Shown here: piece after piece, positions 6,333-24,300 of the stretch
How the letters are laid out: every line of letters begins with the position of its first letter
Numbering within the stretch: the first letter of the stretch is position 1
NCBI GenBank assembly: GCA_964016885.1
Contig: OZ024741.1
Coordinates: forward strand, 271,560,001 to 271,624,000
Origin: Eledone cirrhosa
Taxonomy: Eukaryota
Direction: 5' to 3'
DNA: 64,000 nucleotides
Made by a program: the position numbers and the translations under genes
The notes under the pieces: generated by a model
Told to the model about the DNA's origin: nothing
What the model saw: the letters and a program-made list of their open reading frames with translations, nothing else
Databases searched by the model: none

Positions 6333-9300
6333 GTATACACATCATTAAACACCTCACATATGTCACCATTCTCCTACACTGACCTCAGTATATACATTAT
6401 ATACCTCACATAAGTCACCATTCTCCTACACTGACCTCAGTATATAGATTAAACACCTCACATAAGTCACCGTTCTCCTACACTGACCACAGTATATACA
6501 TTAAACACCACACATAAGTCACCATTCTCCAAAACTGACCACAGTATATACATTAAACACCTCACATAAGTCACCATTCTCCTACACTGACCTCAGTATA
6601 TACATTAAATACCTCACATAAGTCACCATTCTCCTACACTGACCTCAGTATATAGATTAAACACCTCACATAAGTCACCGTTCTCCTACACTGACCACAG
6701 TATATACATTAAACACCACACATAAGTCACCATTCTCCTACACTGACCACAGTATACACATTAAATACCTCACATAAGTCACCATTCTCCTACACTGACC
6801 ACAGTATACACATTAAACACCTCACATAAATCACCCTTCTCCTACACTGACCACAGTATACACATTAAACACCTCACATAAGTCACCCTTCTCCTACACT
6901 GACCACAGTAAACACATTAAACACCTCATATAAGTCACCATTCTCCTACACTGACCACAGTATATACATTAAATACCTCACATATGTCACCATTCTCCTA
7001 CACTGACCACAGTATATACATTAAACACCTCACATAAGTCACCATTCTCCTACACTGGCCACAATATACACATTAAACACCTCACATAAGTCACCATTCT
7101 CCTACTCTGACCACAATATATGCATTAAACACCTCACATAAGTCACCACTCTCCTACACTGACCACAGTATATACATTAAACACCTCACATAAGTCACAA
7201 TTCTCCAACACTGACCACAGTATATACATTAAAGACCTCACATAATCACCATTCTCCTACACTGACCACAGTATACACATTAAACACCTCACATAAGTCA
7301 CCACTCTCCTACACTGACCACAGTATATACATTAAACACCTCACATAAGTCACCATTCTCCTACACTGACCACAGTATACACATTAAACACCTCACATAA
7401 GTCACCATTCTCCTACACTGACCACAGTATACACATTAAACACCTCATATAAGTCACCATTCTTCTACACTGACCACAGTATATACATTAAATATCTCAC
7501 ATAAGTCACCATTCTCCTACACTGACCACAGTATACACATTAAACACCTCACATAAGTCACCATTCTCCTACACTGACCACAGTATATACATTAAATATC
7601 TCACATAAGTCACCATTCTCCTACACTGACCACAGTATACACATTAAACACCTCACATAAGTCACCATTCTCCTACACTGACCACAGTATATACATTAAA
7701 TACCTCACATATGTCACCATTCTCCTACACTGACCACAGTATATACATTAAACACCTCACATAAGTCACCATTCTCCTACACTGACCACGGTATATACAT
7801 TAAACACCTCACATAAGTCACCATTCTCCTAAACTGACCACAGTATATACATTAAACACCTCACGTAAGTCACCCTTCTCCTACACTGACCACAATATAT
7901 ACATTAAACACCTCACATAAGTCACCATTCTCTTACACTGACCACAGTATACACATTAAACACCTAGCATATGTCACCATTCTCCTACACTGACCACAGT
8001 ATACACATTAAATACCTCACATAAGTCACCATTCTCCTACACTGACCACAGTATATACATTAAATACCTCACCTAAGTCACCATTCTCCTACACTGACCA
8101 CAGTATATACATTAAACACCTCACATAAGTCACCATTCTCCTACACTGACCACAGTATACACATTAAACACCTCACATAACTCACCCTTCTCCAACACTG
8201 ACCACAGTATACACATTAAACACCTCACATAAGTCACTATTCTCCTACACTGACCACAGTATACACATTAAACACCTCACATAAGTCACCCTTCTCCAAC
8301 TCTGACCACAGTATACACATTAAACACCTCACATAAGTCACCATTCTCCTACACTGACCACAGTATTCACATTAAACATCTCACATAAGTCACCATTCTC
8401 CTACACTCACCACAGTATATACATTAAACACCTCACATAAGTCACCATTCTCATACACTGACCACAGTATACACATTAAACACCTCACATAAGTCACCAT
8501 TCTCCTACACTGACCACAGTATACACATTAAACACCTCACATAAGTCACCATTCTCCTACACTGACCACAGTATACACATTAAATACCTCACATAAGTCA
8601 CCATTCTCCTACACTGACCACAGTATACACATTAAACACCTCACATAAATCACCCTTCTCCTACACTGACCACAGTATACACATTAAACACCTCACATAA
8701 GTCACCCTTCTCCTACACTGACCACAGTAAACACATTAAACACCTCATATAAGTCACCATTCTCCTACACTGACCACAGTATATACATTAAATACCTCAC
8801 ATATGTCACCATTCTCCTACACTGACCACAGTATATACATTAAACACCTCACATAAGTCACCATTCTCCTACACTGGCCACAATATACACATTAAACACC
8901 TCACATAAGTCACCATTCTCCTACTCTGACCACAATATATGCATTAAACACCTCACATAAGTCACCACTCTCCTACACTGACCACAGTATATACATTAAA
9001 CACCTCACATAAGTCACAATTCTCCAACACTGACCACAGTATATACATTAAAGAACTCACATAATCACCATTCTCCTACACTGACCACGGTATATACATT
9101 AAACACCTCACATAAGTCACCATTCTCCTAAACTGACCACAGTATATACATTAAACACCTCACGTAAGTCACCCTTCTCCTACACTGACCACAATATATA
9201 CATTAAACACCTCACATAAGTCACCATTCTCTTACACTGACCACAGTATACACATTAAACACCTAGCATATGTCACCATTCTCCTACACTGACCACAGTA

Positions 9301-12300
9301 TACACATTAAATACCTCACATAAGTCACCATTCTCCTACACTGACCACAGTATATACATTAAATACCTCACCTAAGTCACCATTCTCCTACACTGACCAC
9401 AGTATATACATTAAACACCTCACATAACTCACCATTCTCCTACACTGACCACAGTATACACATTAAACACCTCACATAACTCACCCTTCTCCAACACTGA
9501 CCACAGTATACACATTAAACACCTCACATAAGTCACTATTCTCCTACACTGACCACAGTATACACATTAAACACCTCACATAAGTCACCCTTCTCCAACT
9601 CTGACCACAGTATACACATTAAACACCTCACATAAGTCACCATTCTCCTACACTGACCACAGTATTCACATTAAACATCTCACATAAGTCACCATTCTCC
9701 TACACTCACCACAGTATATACATTAAACACCTCACATAAGTCACCATTCTCATACACTGACCACAGTATACACATTAAACACCTCACATAAGTCACCATT
9801 CTCCTACACTGACCACAGTATACACATTACACACCTCACATAAGTCACCATTCTCCTACACTGACCACAGTATACACATTAAACACCTCACATAAGTCAC
9901 CATTCTCCTACACTGACCACAGTATACACATTAAACACCTCACATAAGTCACCATTCTCCAACACTGACCACAGTATACACATTAAACACCTCACGTAAG
10001 TCACCATTCTCCTACACTGACCACAGTATACACATTAAACACCTCACATAAGTCACCCTTCTCCTACATTGACCACAGTATTCACATTAAACACCTCACA
10101 TAAGTCACCATTCTCCTACACTGACCACAGTATATACATTAAACACCTCACATAAGTCACCATTCTCCAACACTGACCACAGTATATACATTAAACACCT
10201 CACATAAGTCACCATTCTCCTACACTGGCCACAATATACACATTAAACACCTCACATAAGTCACCATTCTCCTACTCTGACCACAATATATGCATTAAAC
10301 ACCTCACATAAGTCACCACTCTCCTACACTGACCACAGTATATACATTAAACACCTCACATAAGTCACAATTCTCCAACACTGACCACAGTATATACATT
10401 AAAGACCTCACATAATCACCATTCTCCTACACTGACCACAGTATACACATTAAACACCTCACATAAGTCACCACTCTCCTACACTGACCACAGTATATAC
10501 ATTAAACACCTCACATAAGTCACCATTCTCCTACACTGACCACAGTATACACATTAAACACCTCACATAAGTCACCATTCTCCTACACTGACCACAGTAT
10601 ACACATTAAACACCTCATATAAGTCACCATTCTTCTACACTGACCACAGTATATACATTAAATATCTCACATAAGTCACCATTCTCCTACACTGACCACA
10701 GTATACACATTAAACACCTCACATAAGTCACCATTCTCCTACACTGACCACAGTATATACATTAAATATCTCACATAAGTCACCATTCTCCTACACTGAC
10801 CACAGTATACACATTAAACACCTCACATAAGTCACCATTCTCCTACACTGACCACAGTATATACATTAAATACCTCACATATGTCACCATTCTCCTACAC
10901 TGACCACAGTATATACATTAAACACCTCACATAAGTCACCATTCTCCTACACTGACCACGGTATATACATTAAACACCTCACATAAGTCACCATTCTCCT
11001 AAACTGACCACAGTATATACATTAAACACCTCACGTAAGTCACCCTTCTCCTACACTGACCACAATATATACATTAAACACCTCACATAAGTCACCATTC
11101 TCTTACACTGACCACAGTATACACATTAAACACCTAGCATATGTCACCATTCTCCTACACTGACCACAGTATACACATTAAATACCTCACATAAGTCACC
11201 ATTCTCCTACACTGACCACAGTATATACATTAAATACCTCACCTAAGTCACCATTCTCCTACACTGACCACAGTATATACATTAAACACCTCACATAAGT
11301 CACCATTCTCCTACACTGACCACAGTATACACATTAAACACCTCACATAACTCACCCTTCTCCAACACTGACCACAGTATACACATTAAACACCTCACAT
11401 AAGTCACTATTCTCCTACACTGACCACAGTATACACATTAAACACCTCACATAAGTCACCCTTCTCCAACTCTGACCACAGTATACACATTAAACACCTC
11501 ACATAAGTCACCATTCTCCTACACTGACCACAGTATTCACATTAAACATCTCACATAAGTCACCATTCTCCTACACTCACCACAGTATATACATTAAACA
11601 CCTCACATAAGTCACCATTCTCATACACTGACCACAGTATACACATTAAACACCTCACATAAGTCACCATTCTCCTACACTGACCACAGTATACACATTA
11701 AACACCTCACATAAGTCACCATTCTCCTACACTGACCACAGTATACACATTAAATACCTCACGTAAGTCACCATTCTCCTACACTGACCACAGTATACAC
11801 ATTAAACACCTCACATAAATCACCCTTCTCCTACACTGACCACAGTATACACATTAAACACCTCACATAAGTCACCCTTCTCCTACACTGACCACAGTAA
11901 ACACATTAAACACCTCATATAAGTCACCATTCTCCTACACTGACCACAGTATATACATTAAATACCTCACATATGTCACCATTCTCCTACACTGACCACA
12001 GTATATACATTAAACACCTCACATAAGTCACCATTCTCCTACACTGGCCACAATATACACATTAAACACCTCACATAAGTCACCATTCTCCTACTCTGAC
12101 CACAATATATGCATTAAACACCTCACATAAGTCACCACTCTCCTACACTGACCACAGTATATACATTAAACACCTCACATAAGTCACAATTCTCCAACAC
12201 TGACCACAGTATATACATTAAAGACCTCACATAATCACCATTCTCCTACACTGACCACAGTATACACATTAAACACCTCACATAAGTCACCACTCTCCTA

Positions 12301-15300
12301 CACTGACCACAGTATATACATTAAACACCTCACATAAGTCACCATTCTCCTACACTGACCACAGTATACACATTAAACACCTCACATAAGTCACCATTCT
12401 CCTACACTGACCACAGTATACACATTAAACACCTCATATAAGTCACCATTCTTCTACACTGACCACAGTATATACATTAAATATCTCACATAAGTCACCA
12501 TTCTCCTACACTGACCACAGTATACACATTAAACACCTCACATAAGTCACCATTCTCCTACACTGACCACAGTATATACATTAAATATCTCACATAAGTC
12601 ACCATTCTCCTACACTGACCACAGTATACACATTAAACACCTCACATAAGTCACCATTCTCCTACACTGACCACAGTATATACATTAAATACCTCACATA
12701 TGTCACCATTCTCCTACACTGACCACAGTATATACATTAAACACCTCACATAAGTCACCATTCTCCTACACTGACCACGGTATATACATTAAACACCTCA
12801 CATAAGTCACCATTCTCCTAAACTGACCACAGTATATACATTAAACACCTCACGTAAGTCACCCTTCTCCTACACTGACCACAATATATACATTAAACAC
12901 CTCACATAAGTCACCATTCTCTTACACTGACCACAGTATACACATTAAACACCTAGCATATGTCACCATTCTCCTACACTGACCACAGTATACACATTAA
13001 ATACCTCACATAAGTCACCATTCTCCTACACTGACCACAGTATATACATTAAATACCTCACCTAAGTCACCATTCTCCTACACTGACCACAGTATATACA
13101 TTAAACACCTCACATAAGTCACCATTCTCCTACACTGACCACAGTATACACATTAAACACCTCACATAACTCACCCTTCTCCAACACTGACCACAGTATA
13201 CACATTAAACACCTCACATAAGTCACTATTCTCCTACACTGACCACAGTATACACATTAAACACCTCACATAAGTCACCCTTCTCCAACTCTGACCACAG
13301 TATACACATTAAACACCTCACATAAGTCACCATTCTCCTACACTGACCACAGTATTCACATTATACATCTCACATAAGTCACCATTCTCCTACACTCACC
13401 ACAGTATATACATTAAACACCTCACATAAGTCACCATTCTCATACACTGACCACAGTATACACATTAAACACCTCACATAAGTCACCATTCTCCTACACT
13501 GACCACAGTATACACATTAAACACCTCACATAAGTCACCATTCTCCTACACTGACCACAGTATACACATTAAACACCTCACATAAGTCACCATTCTCCTA
13601 CACTGACCACAGTATACACATTAAACACCTCACATAAGTCACCATTCTCCAACACTGACCACAGTATACACATTAAACACCTCACGTAAGTCACCATTCT
13701 CCTACACTGACCACAGTATACACATTAAACACCTCACATAAGTCACCCTTCTCCTACATTGACCACAGTATTCACATTAAACACCTCACATAAGTCACCC
13801 TTCTCCAACACTGACCACAGTATATACATTAAACACCTCACATAAGTCACCATTCTCCTTCACTGACCACAGTATTCACATTAAACAGCTCACCTAAGTC
13901 ACCATTCTCCTACACTGACCACAGTATACACATTAAACACCTCTCATAAGTCACCCTTCTCCAACATTGACCACAGTATTCACATTAAACACCTCACATA
14001 AGTCACCCTTCTCCAACTCTGACCACAGTATACACATTAAATACCTCACATAAGTCACTATTCTCCTACACTGACCACAGTATACACATTAAACACCTCA
14101 CATAAGTCACCCTTCTCCTACACTGACCACAGTAAACACATTAAACACCTCATATAAGTCACCATTCTCCTACACTGACCACAGTATATACATTAAATAC
14201 CTCACATATGTCACCATTCTCCTACACTGACCACAGTATATACATTAAACACCTCACATAAGTCACCATTCTCCTACACTGGCCACAATATACACATTAA
14301 ACACCTCACATAAGTCACCATTCTCCTACTCTGACCACAATATATGCATTAAACACCTCACATAAGTCACCACTCTCCTACACTGACCACAGTATATACA
14401 TTAAACACCTCACATAAGTCACAATTCTCCAACACTGACCACAGTATATACATTAAAGACCTCACATAATCACCATTCTCCTACACTGACCACAGTATAC
14501 ACATTAAACACCTCACATAAGTCACCACTCTCCTACACTGACCACAGTATATACATTAAACACCTCACATAAGTCACCATTCTCCTACACTGACCACAGT
14601 ATACACATTAAACACCTCACATAAGTCACCATTCTCCTACACTGACCACAGTATACACATTAAACACCTCATATAAGTCACCATTCTTCTACACTGACCA
14701 CAGTATATACATTAAATATCTCACATAAGTCACCATTCTCCTACACTGACCACAGTATACACATTAAACACCTCACATAAGTCACCATTCTCCTACACTG
14801 ACCACAGTATATACATTAAATATCTCACATAAGTCACCATTCTCCTACACTGACCACAGTATACACATTAAACACCTCACATAAGTCACCATTCTCCTAC
14901 ACTGACCACAGTATATACATTAAATACCTCACATATGTCACCATTCTCCTACACTGACCACAGTATATACATTAAACACCTCACATAAGTCACCATTCTC
15001 CTACACTGACCACGGTATATACATTAAACACCTCACATAAGTCACCATTCTCCTAAACTGACCACAGTATATACATTAAACACCTCACGTAAGTCACCCT
15101 TCTCCTACACTGACCACAATATATACATTAAACACCTCACATAAGTCACCATTCTCTTACACTGACCACAGTATACACATTAAACACCTAGCATATGTCA
15201 CCATTCTCCTACACTGACCACAGTATACACATTAAATACCTCACATAAGTCACCATTCTCCTACACTGACCACAGTATATACATTAAATACCTCACCTAA

Positions 15301-18300
15301 GTCACCATTCTCCTACACTGACCACAGTATATACATTAAACACCTCACATAAGTCACCATTCTCCTACACTGACCACAGTATACACATTAAACACCTCAC
15401 ATAACTCACCCTTCTCCAACACTGACCACAGTATACACATTAAACACCTCACATAAGTCACTATTCTCCTACACTGACCACAGTATACACATTAAACACC
15501 TCACATAAGTCACCCTTCTCCAACTCTGACCACAGTATACACATTAAACACCTCACATAAGTCACCATTCTCCTACACTGACCACAGTATTCACATTAAA
15601 CATCTCACATAAGTCACCATTCTCCTACACTCACCACAGTATATACATTAAACACCTCACATAAGTCACCATTCTCATACACTGACCACAGTATACACAT
15701 TAAACACCTCACATAAGTCACCATTCTCCTACACTGACCACAGTATACACATTAAACACCTCACATAAGTCACCATTCTCCTACACTGACCACAGTATAC
15801 ACATTAAACACCTCACATAAGTCACCATTCTCCTACACTGACCACAGTATACACATTAAACACCTCACATAAGTCACCATTCTCCAACACTGACCACAGT
15901 ATACACATTAAACACCTCACGTAAGTCACCATTCTCCTACACTGACCACAGTATACACATTAAACACCTCACATAAGTCACCCTTCTCCTACATTGACCA
16001 CAGTATTCACATTAAACACCTCACATAAGTCACCCTTCTCCAACACTGACCACAGTATATACATTAAACACCTCACATAAGTCACCATTCTCCTTCACTG
16101 ACCACAGTATTCACATTAAACAGCTCACCTAAGTCACCATTCTCCTACACTGACCACAGTATATACATTAAACACCTCACATAAGTCACCATTCTCCTAC
16201 ACTGACCACAGTATACACATTAAAGACCTCACATAAGTCACCATTCTCCTACACTGACCACAGTATACACATTAAACACCTCTCATAAGTCACCCTTCTC
16301 CAACATTGACCACAGTATTCACATTAAACACCTCACATAAGTCACCCTTCTCCAACTCTGACCACAGTATACACATTAAATACCTCACATAAGTCACTAT
16401 TCTCCTACACTGACCACAGTATACACATTAAACACCTCACATAAGTCACCCTTCTACAACTCTGACCACAGTATACACATTAAACACCTCACATAAGTCA
16501 CCATTCTCCTACACTGACCACAGTATACACATTAAACACCTCTCATAAGTCACCCTTCTCCAACATTGACCACAGTATTCACATTAAACACCTCACATAA
16601 GTCACCATTCTCCTACACTGACCACAGTATTCACATTAAACATCTCACATAAGTCACCATTCTCCTACACTCACCACAGTATATACATTAAACACTTCAC
16701 ATAAGTCACCATTCTCATACACTGACCACAGTATACACATTAAACACCTCACATAAGTCACCATTCTCCTACACTGACCACAGTATACACATTAAACACC
16801 TCACATAAGTCACCATTCTCCTACACAGACCACAGTATATACATTAAGTATCTCACATATGTCACCATTCTCCTACACTGACCACAGTATATACATTAAA
16901 GACCTCACATAATCACCATTCTCCTACACTGACCACAGTATATACATTAAACACCTCACATAAGTCACCCTTCTCCAACACTGACCACAGTATATACATT
17001 AAACACCACACATAAGTCACCATTCTCCTACACTGACCACAGTATACACATTAAACACCTCACATAAGTCACCATTCTCCTACACTGACCACATTATACA
17101 CATTAAACACCTCATATAAGTCACCATTCTTCTAAACTGACCACAGTATATACATTAAATATCTCACATAAGTCACCATTCTCCTACACTGACCACAGTA
17201 TACACATTAAACACCTCACATAAGTCACCACTCTCCTACACTGACCACAGTATATACATTAAACACCTTACATAAGTCACCATTCTCCTACACTGACCAC
17301 AGTATATACATTAAATACCTCACATAAGTCACCCTTCTCCTACACTGACCACAGTATACACATTAAATACCTCACATAAGTCACCATTCTCCTACACTGA
17401 CCACAGTATACACATTAAACACCTCACATAAGTCACCATTCTCCTACACTGACCACAGTATACACATTAAACACCTCATATAAGTCACCATTCTTCTAAA
17501 CTGACCACAGTATATACATTAAATATCTCACATAAGTCACCATTCTCCTACACTGACCACAGTATACACATTAAACACCTCACATAAGTCACCACTCTCC
17601 TACACTGACCACAGTATATACATTAAACACCTTACATAAGTCACCATTCTCCTACACTGACCACAGTATATACATTAAACACCTCACATAAGTCACCCTT
17701 CTCCTACACTGACCACAGTATATACATTAAACACCTTACATAAGTCACCATTCTCCTACACTGACCACAGTATATACATTAAACGCCTCACATAAGTCAC
17801 TATTCTCACACACTGACCACAGTATACACATTAAATACCTCACATATGTCACCATTCTCCTACACTGACCACAGTATGTACATTAACCACCTCACATAAG
17901 TCACCCTTCTCCTACACTGACCACAGTATATACATTAAACACCTCACATAAGTAACCATTCTCCTACACTGACCACAGTATACACAGTAAACATTTAGCA
18001 TATGTCACCATTCTCCTACACTGACCACAATATACACATTAAATACGTCACATAAGTCACCATTCTCCTACACTGTCCACAGTATATACATTAAATACCT
18101 CACATAAGTCACCATTCTCCTACACTGACCACAGTATACACATTAAACACCTCACATAAGTCACCACTCTCCTACACTGACCACAGTATATACATTAAAC
18201 ACCTTACATAAGTCACCATTCTCCTACACTGACCACAGTATATACATTAAATACCTCACATAAGTCACCCTTCTCCTACACTGACCACAGTATACACATT

Positions 18301-21300
18301 AAATACCTCACATAAGTCACCATTCTCCTACACTGACCACAGTATATACATTAAATATCTCACATAAGTCACCATTCTCCTACACTGACCACAGTATATA
18401 CATTAAATACCTCACATAAGTCACTATTCTCACACACTGACCACAGTATACACATTAAATACCTCACATATGTCACCATTCTCCTACACTGACCACAGTA
18501 TGTACATTAACCACCTCACATAAGTCACCCTTCTCCTACACTGACCACAGTATATACATTAAACACCTCACATAAGTCACCCTTCTCCTACACTGACCAC
18601 AGTATACACATTAAACACCTCATAAGTCACCATTCTCCTACACTGACCACAGTATATACATTAAACCCCTCACATAAGTCACCGTTCTCCTACACTGACC
18701 ACAGTATATACATTAAACACCTCACATAAGTCACCATTCTCCTACACTGACCACAGTATTCACATTAAACACCTCACATAAGTCACAATTCTCCTACACT
18801 GACCACAGTATTCACATTAAACACCTCACATAAGTCACCATTCTCCTACACTGACCACAGTATTCACATTAAACACCTCACATAAGTCACCATTCTCCTA
18901 CACTGACCATAGTATATACATTAAATGCCTCACATAAGTCACCATTCTCCTACACTGACCACAGTATATACATTAAACACCTCACATAAGGCACCATTCT
19001 CCTACACTGACCACAGTATACACATTAAACACCTCAATAAAGTCACCATTCTCCTACACTGACCACACTATTCACATTAAACACCTCACATAAGTCACCA
19101 TTCTCCTACACTGACCACAGTATTCACATTAAACACCTCACATAAGTCACCATTCTCCTACACTGACCACAGTATTCACATTAAACACCTCACATAAGTC
19201 ACCATTCTCCTACACTGACCACAGTATTCACATTAAACACCTCACATAAGTCACCATTCACCTACACTGACCACAGTATATACATTAAACACCTCACATA
19301 AGTCACCGTTCTCTTACACTGACCACAGTATTCACATTAAACACCTCACATAAGTCACCATTCACCTACACTGACCACAGTATACACATTAAACACCTCA
19401 CATAAGTCACCGTTCTCTTACACTGACCACAGTATTCACATTAAACACCTCACATAAGTCACCATTCTCCTACACTGACCACAGTATATACATTAAACAC
19501 CTCACATAAGTCACCATTCTCCTACACTGACCACAGTATACACAGTAAACATTTAGCATATGTCACCATTCTCCTACACTGACCACAATATACACATTAA
19601 ATACGTCACATAAGTCACCATTCTCCTACACTGTCCACAGTATATACATTAAATACCTCACCTAAGTCACCATTCTCCTACACTGGCCACAATATATACA
19701 TTAAACACCTCAGATAAGTCACTATTCTCCTACACTGACCACAGTATATACATTAAAAACCTCACATAAGTCACCCTTCTCCAACACTGACCACACTATA
19801 TACATTAAATACCTCACATAAGTCACCATTCTCCAACACTGACCACAGTATATACATTAAAGACCTCACATAAATCACCATTCTCCTACACTGTCCACAG
19901 TATATACATTAAACACCTCACATAAGTCACCCTTCTCCAACACTGTCCACAGTATATACATTAAACACCTCACATAAGTCACCCTTCTCCAACACTGACC
20001 ACAGTATATACATTAAACACCTCACATAAGTCACCATTCTCCAACACTGACCACAGTATACACATTAAACACCTCACATAAGTCACCATTCTCCTACACT
20101 GACCACAGTATACACATTAAACACCTCACATAAGTCACCATTCTCCTACACTGACCACAGTATATACATTAAATATCTCACATAAGTCACCATTCTCCTA
20201 CACTGACCACAGTATACACATTAAACACCTCACATAAGTCACCATTCTCCTACACTGACCACAGTATATGCATTAAACACCTCACATAAGTCACCACTCT
20301 CCTACACTGACCACACTATTCACATTAAACACCTCACATAAGTCACCATTCTCCTACACTGACCACAGTATATGCATTAAACATCTCACATAAGTCACCA
20401 TTCTCCTACACTGACCACAGTATATACATTAAATATCTCACATAAGTCACCATTCACCTACACTGACCACAGTATACACATTAAACACCTCACATAAGTC
20501 ACCATTCTCCTACACTGACCACAGTATATACATTAAACACCTCACATAAGTCACCATTCTCCTACACTGACCACAGTATACACATTAAACACCTCACATA
20601 AGTCACCATTCTCCTACACTGACCACAGTATACACATTAAACACCTCATATAAGTCACCATTCTTCTACACTGACCACAGTATATACATTAAATATCTCA
20701 CATAAGTCACCATTCTCCTACACTGACCACAGTATACACATTAAACACCTCACATAAGTCACCATTCTCCTACACTGACCACAGTATATACATTAAATAT
20801 CTCATATAAGTCACCATTCTCCTACACTGACCACAGTATACACATTAAACACCTCACATAAGTCACCATTCTCCTACACTGACCACAGTATATACATTAA
20901 ATACCTCACATATGTCACCATTCTCCTACACTGACCACAGTGTATACATTAAAGACCTCACATAATCACCATTCTCCTACACTGACCACAGTATATACAT
21001 TAAACACCTCACATAAGTCACCCTTCTCCAACACTGACCACAGTATATACATTAAACACCTCATATAAGTCACCCTTCTCCTACACTGACCACAGTATAC
21101 ACATTAAACACCTCACATAAGTCACCCTTCTCCTACACTGACCACAGTATATACATTAAACACCTCACATAAGTCACCCTTCTCCAACACTGACCACAGT
21201 ATATACATTAAACACCTCACATAAGTCACCATTCTCCTACACTGACCACAGTATACACATTAAACACCTCACATAAGTCACCCTTCTCCTACACTGACCA

Positions 21301-24300
21301 CAGTATACACATTAAACACCTCACATAAGTCACCATTCTCCTACACTGACCACAATATATACATTAAACACCTCACATAAGTCACCATTCTCCTACACTG
21401 ACCACAGTATACACATTAAACACCTCACATAAGTCACCATTCTCCTACACTGACCACAGTATATACATTAAATACCTCACATATGTCACCATTCTCCTAC
21501 ACTGCCCACAGTATACACATTAAACACCTCACATAAGTCAACATTCTCCTACACTGACCACAATATATACATTAAACACCTCACATAAGTCACCACTCTC
21601 CTACACTGACCACAGTATATACATTAAAGACCTCACATAAGTCACCATTCTCCTACACTGACCACAGTATATACATTAAATACCTCACATAAGTCACCCT
21701 TCTCCTACACTGACCACAGTATACACATTAAATACCTCACATAAGTCACCATTCTCCTACACTGACCACAGTATATACATTAAACACCTCACATAAGTCA
21801 CTATTCTCCTACACTGACCACAGTATATACATTAAACACCTCACATAAGTCACCACTCTCCTACACTGACAACAGTATATACATTAAACACCTCACATAA
21901 GTCACCATTCTCCTACACTGACCACAGTATATACATTAAACACCTCACATAAGTCACCATTCTCCAACACTGACCACAGTATGTACATTAAATACCTCAC
22001 ATAAGTCACCCTTCTCCTACACTGACCACAGTATACACATTAAATACCTCACATAAGTCACCATTCTCCTACACTGACCACAGTATACACATTAAACACC
22101 TCACATAAGTCACCATTCTCCTACACTGACCACAGTATATACATTAAATATCTCACATAAGTCACCATTCTCCTACACTGACCACAGTATACACATTAAA
22201 CACCTCACATAAGTCACCATTCTCCTACACTGACCACAGTATATACATTAAATATCTCACATAAGTCACCATTCTCCTACACTGACCACAGTATACACAT
22301 TAAACACCTCACATAAGTCACCATTCTCCTACACTGACCAAAGTATATACATTAAACACCTCACATAAGTCACCATTCTCCTACACTGACCACAATATAT
22401 ACATTAAACACCTCACATAAGTCACCACTCTCCTACACTGACCACAGTATACACATTAAACACCTCATATAAGTCACCATTCTTCTACACTGACCACAGT
22501 ATACACATTAAATACCTCACATAAGTCACCATTCTCCTACACTGACCACAGTATATACATTAAACAACTCACATAAGTCACCATTCTCATACACTGACCA
22601 CAGTATATACATTAAACACCTCACATAAGTCACCATTCTCCTACACTGACCACAGTATATACATTAAAGACCTCACATAAGTCACCACTCTCATACACTG
22701 ACCACAGTATATACATTAAACACCTCACATAAGTCACAATTCTCCAACACTGACCACAGTATATACATTAAAGACCTCACATAAGTCACCATTCTCCTAC
22801 ACTGACCACAGTATTCACATTAAACACCTCACATAAGTCACCATTCTCCTACACTGAAAACAGTATATACATTAAATACCTCACATAAGTCACCATTCTC
22901 CTACACTGACCACAGTATATACATTAAACACCTCACATAAGTCACCATTCTCTTACACTGACCACAGTATACACATTAAACACCTAAAATAAGTCACCAT
23001 TCTCCTACACTGACCACAGTATATACATTAAACCCCTCACATAAGTCACCATTCTCCTACACTGACCACAGTATACACATTAAACACCTCACATAAGTCA
23101 CCATTCTCCTACACTGACCACAGTATATACATTAAACACCTCACATAAATCACCATTCTCCTACACTGACCACAGTATACACATTAAACACATCACATAG
23201 GTCAACATTATCTTACACTGACAACAGTGTACACATTAAACACCTAAAATAAGTCACCATTCTACTACACGGACCACAGTATACACATTAAACACCTCAC
23301 ATATGTCACCATTCTCCTACACTGACCACAGTAAACACATTAAACACCTCACATAAGTCACCATTCTCCTACACTGACCACAGTATATACATTAAACACC
23401 TCACATAAATCACCATTCTCCTACACTGACCACAGTATACACATTAAACACATCACATATGTCACCCTTCTCCTACACTGACCACAGTATATACATTAAA
23501 CACCTCACATAAGTCACCATTCTCCTACACTGACCACAGTATATACATTAAATACCTCACATATGTCACCATTCTCCTACACTGACCACAGTGTATACAT
23601 TAAAGACCTCACATAATCACCATTCTCCTACACTGACCACAGTATATACATTAAACACCTCACATAAGTCACCCTTCTCCAACACTGACCACAGTATATA
23701 CATTAAAAACCTCACATAAGTCACCATTCTCCTACACTGACCACAGTATTCACATTAAACACCTCACATAAGTCACCATTCTCCTACACTGACCACAGTA
23801 TTCACATTAAACACCTCACATAAGTCACCATTCTCCTACACTGACCACAGTATTCACATTAAACACCTCACATAAGTCACCATTCTCCTACACTGACCAT
23901 AGTATATACATTAAATGCCTCACATAAGTCACCATTCTCCTACACTGACCACAGTATATAGATTAAACACCTCACATAAGGCACCATTCTCCTACACTAA
24001 CCACAGTATACACATTAAACACCTCAATAAAGTCACCATTCTCCTACACTGACCACACTATTCACATTAAACACCTCACATAAGTCACCATTCTCCTACA
24101 CTGACCACAGTATTCACATTAAACACCTCACATAAGTCACCATTCACCTACACTGACCACAGTATATACATTAAACACCTCACATAAGTCACCGTTCTCT
24201 TACACTGACCACAGTATTCACATTAAACACCTCACATAAGTCACCATTCACCTACACTGACCACAGTATACACATTAAACACCTCACATAAGTCACCGTT

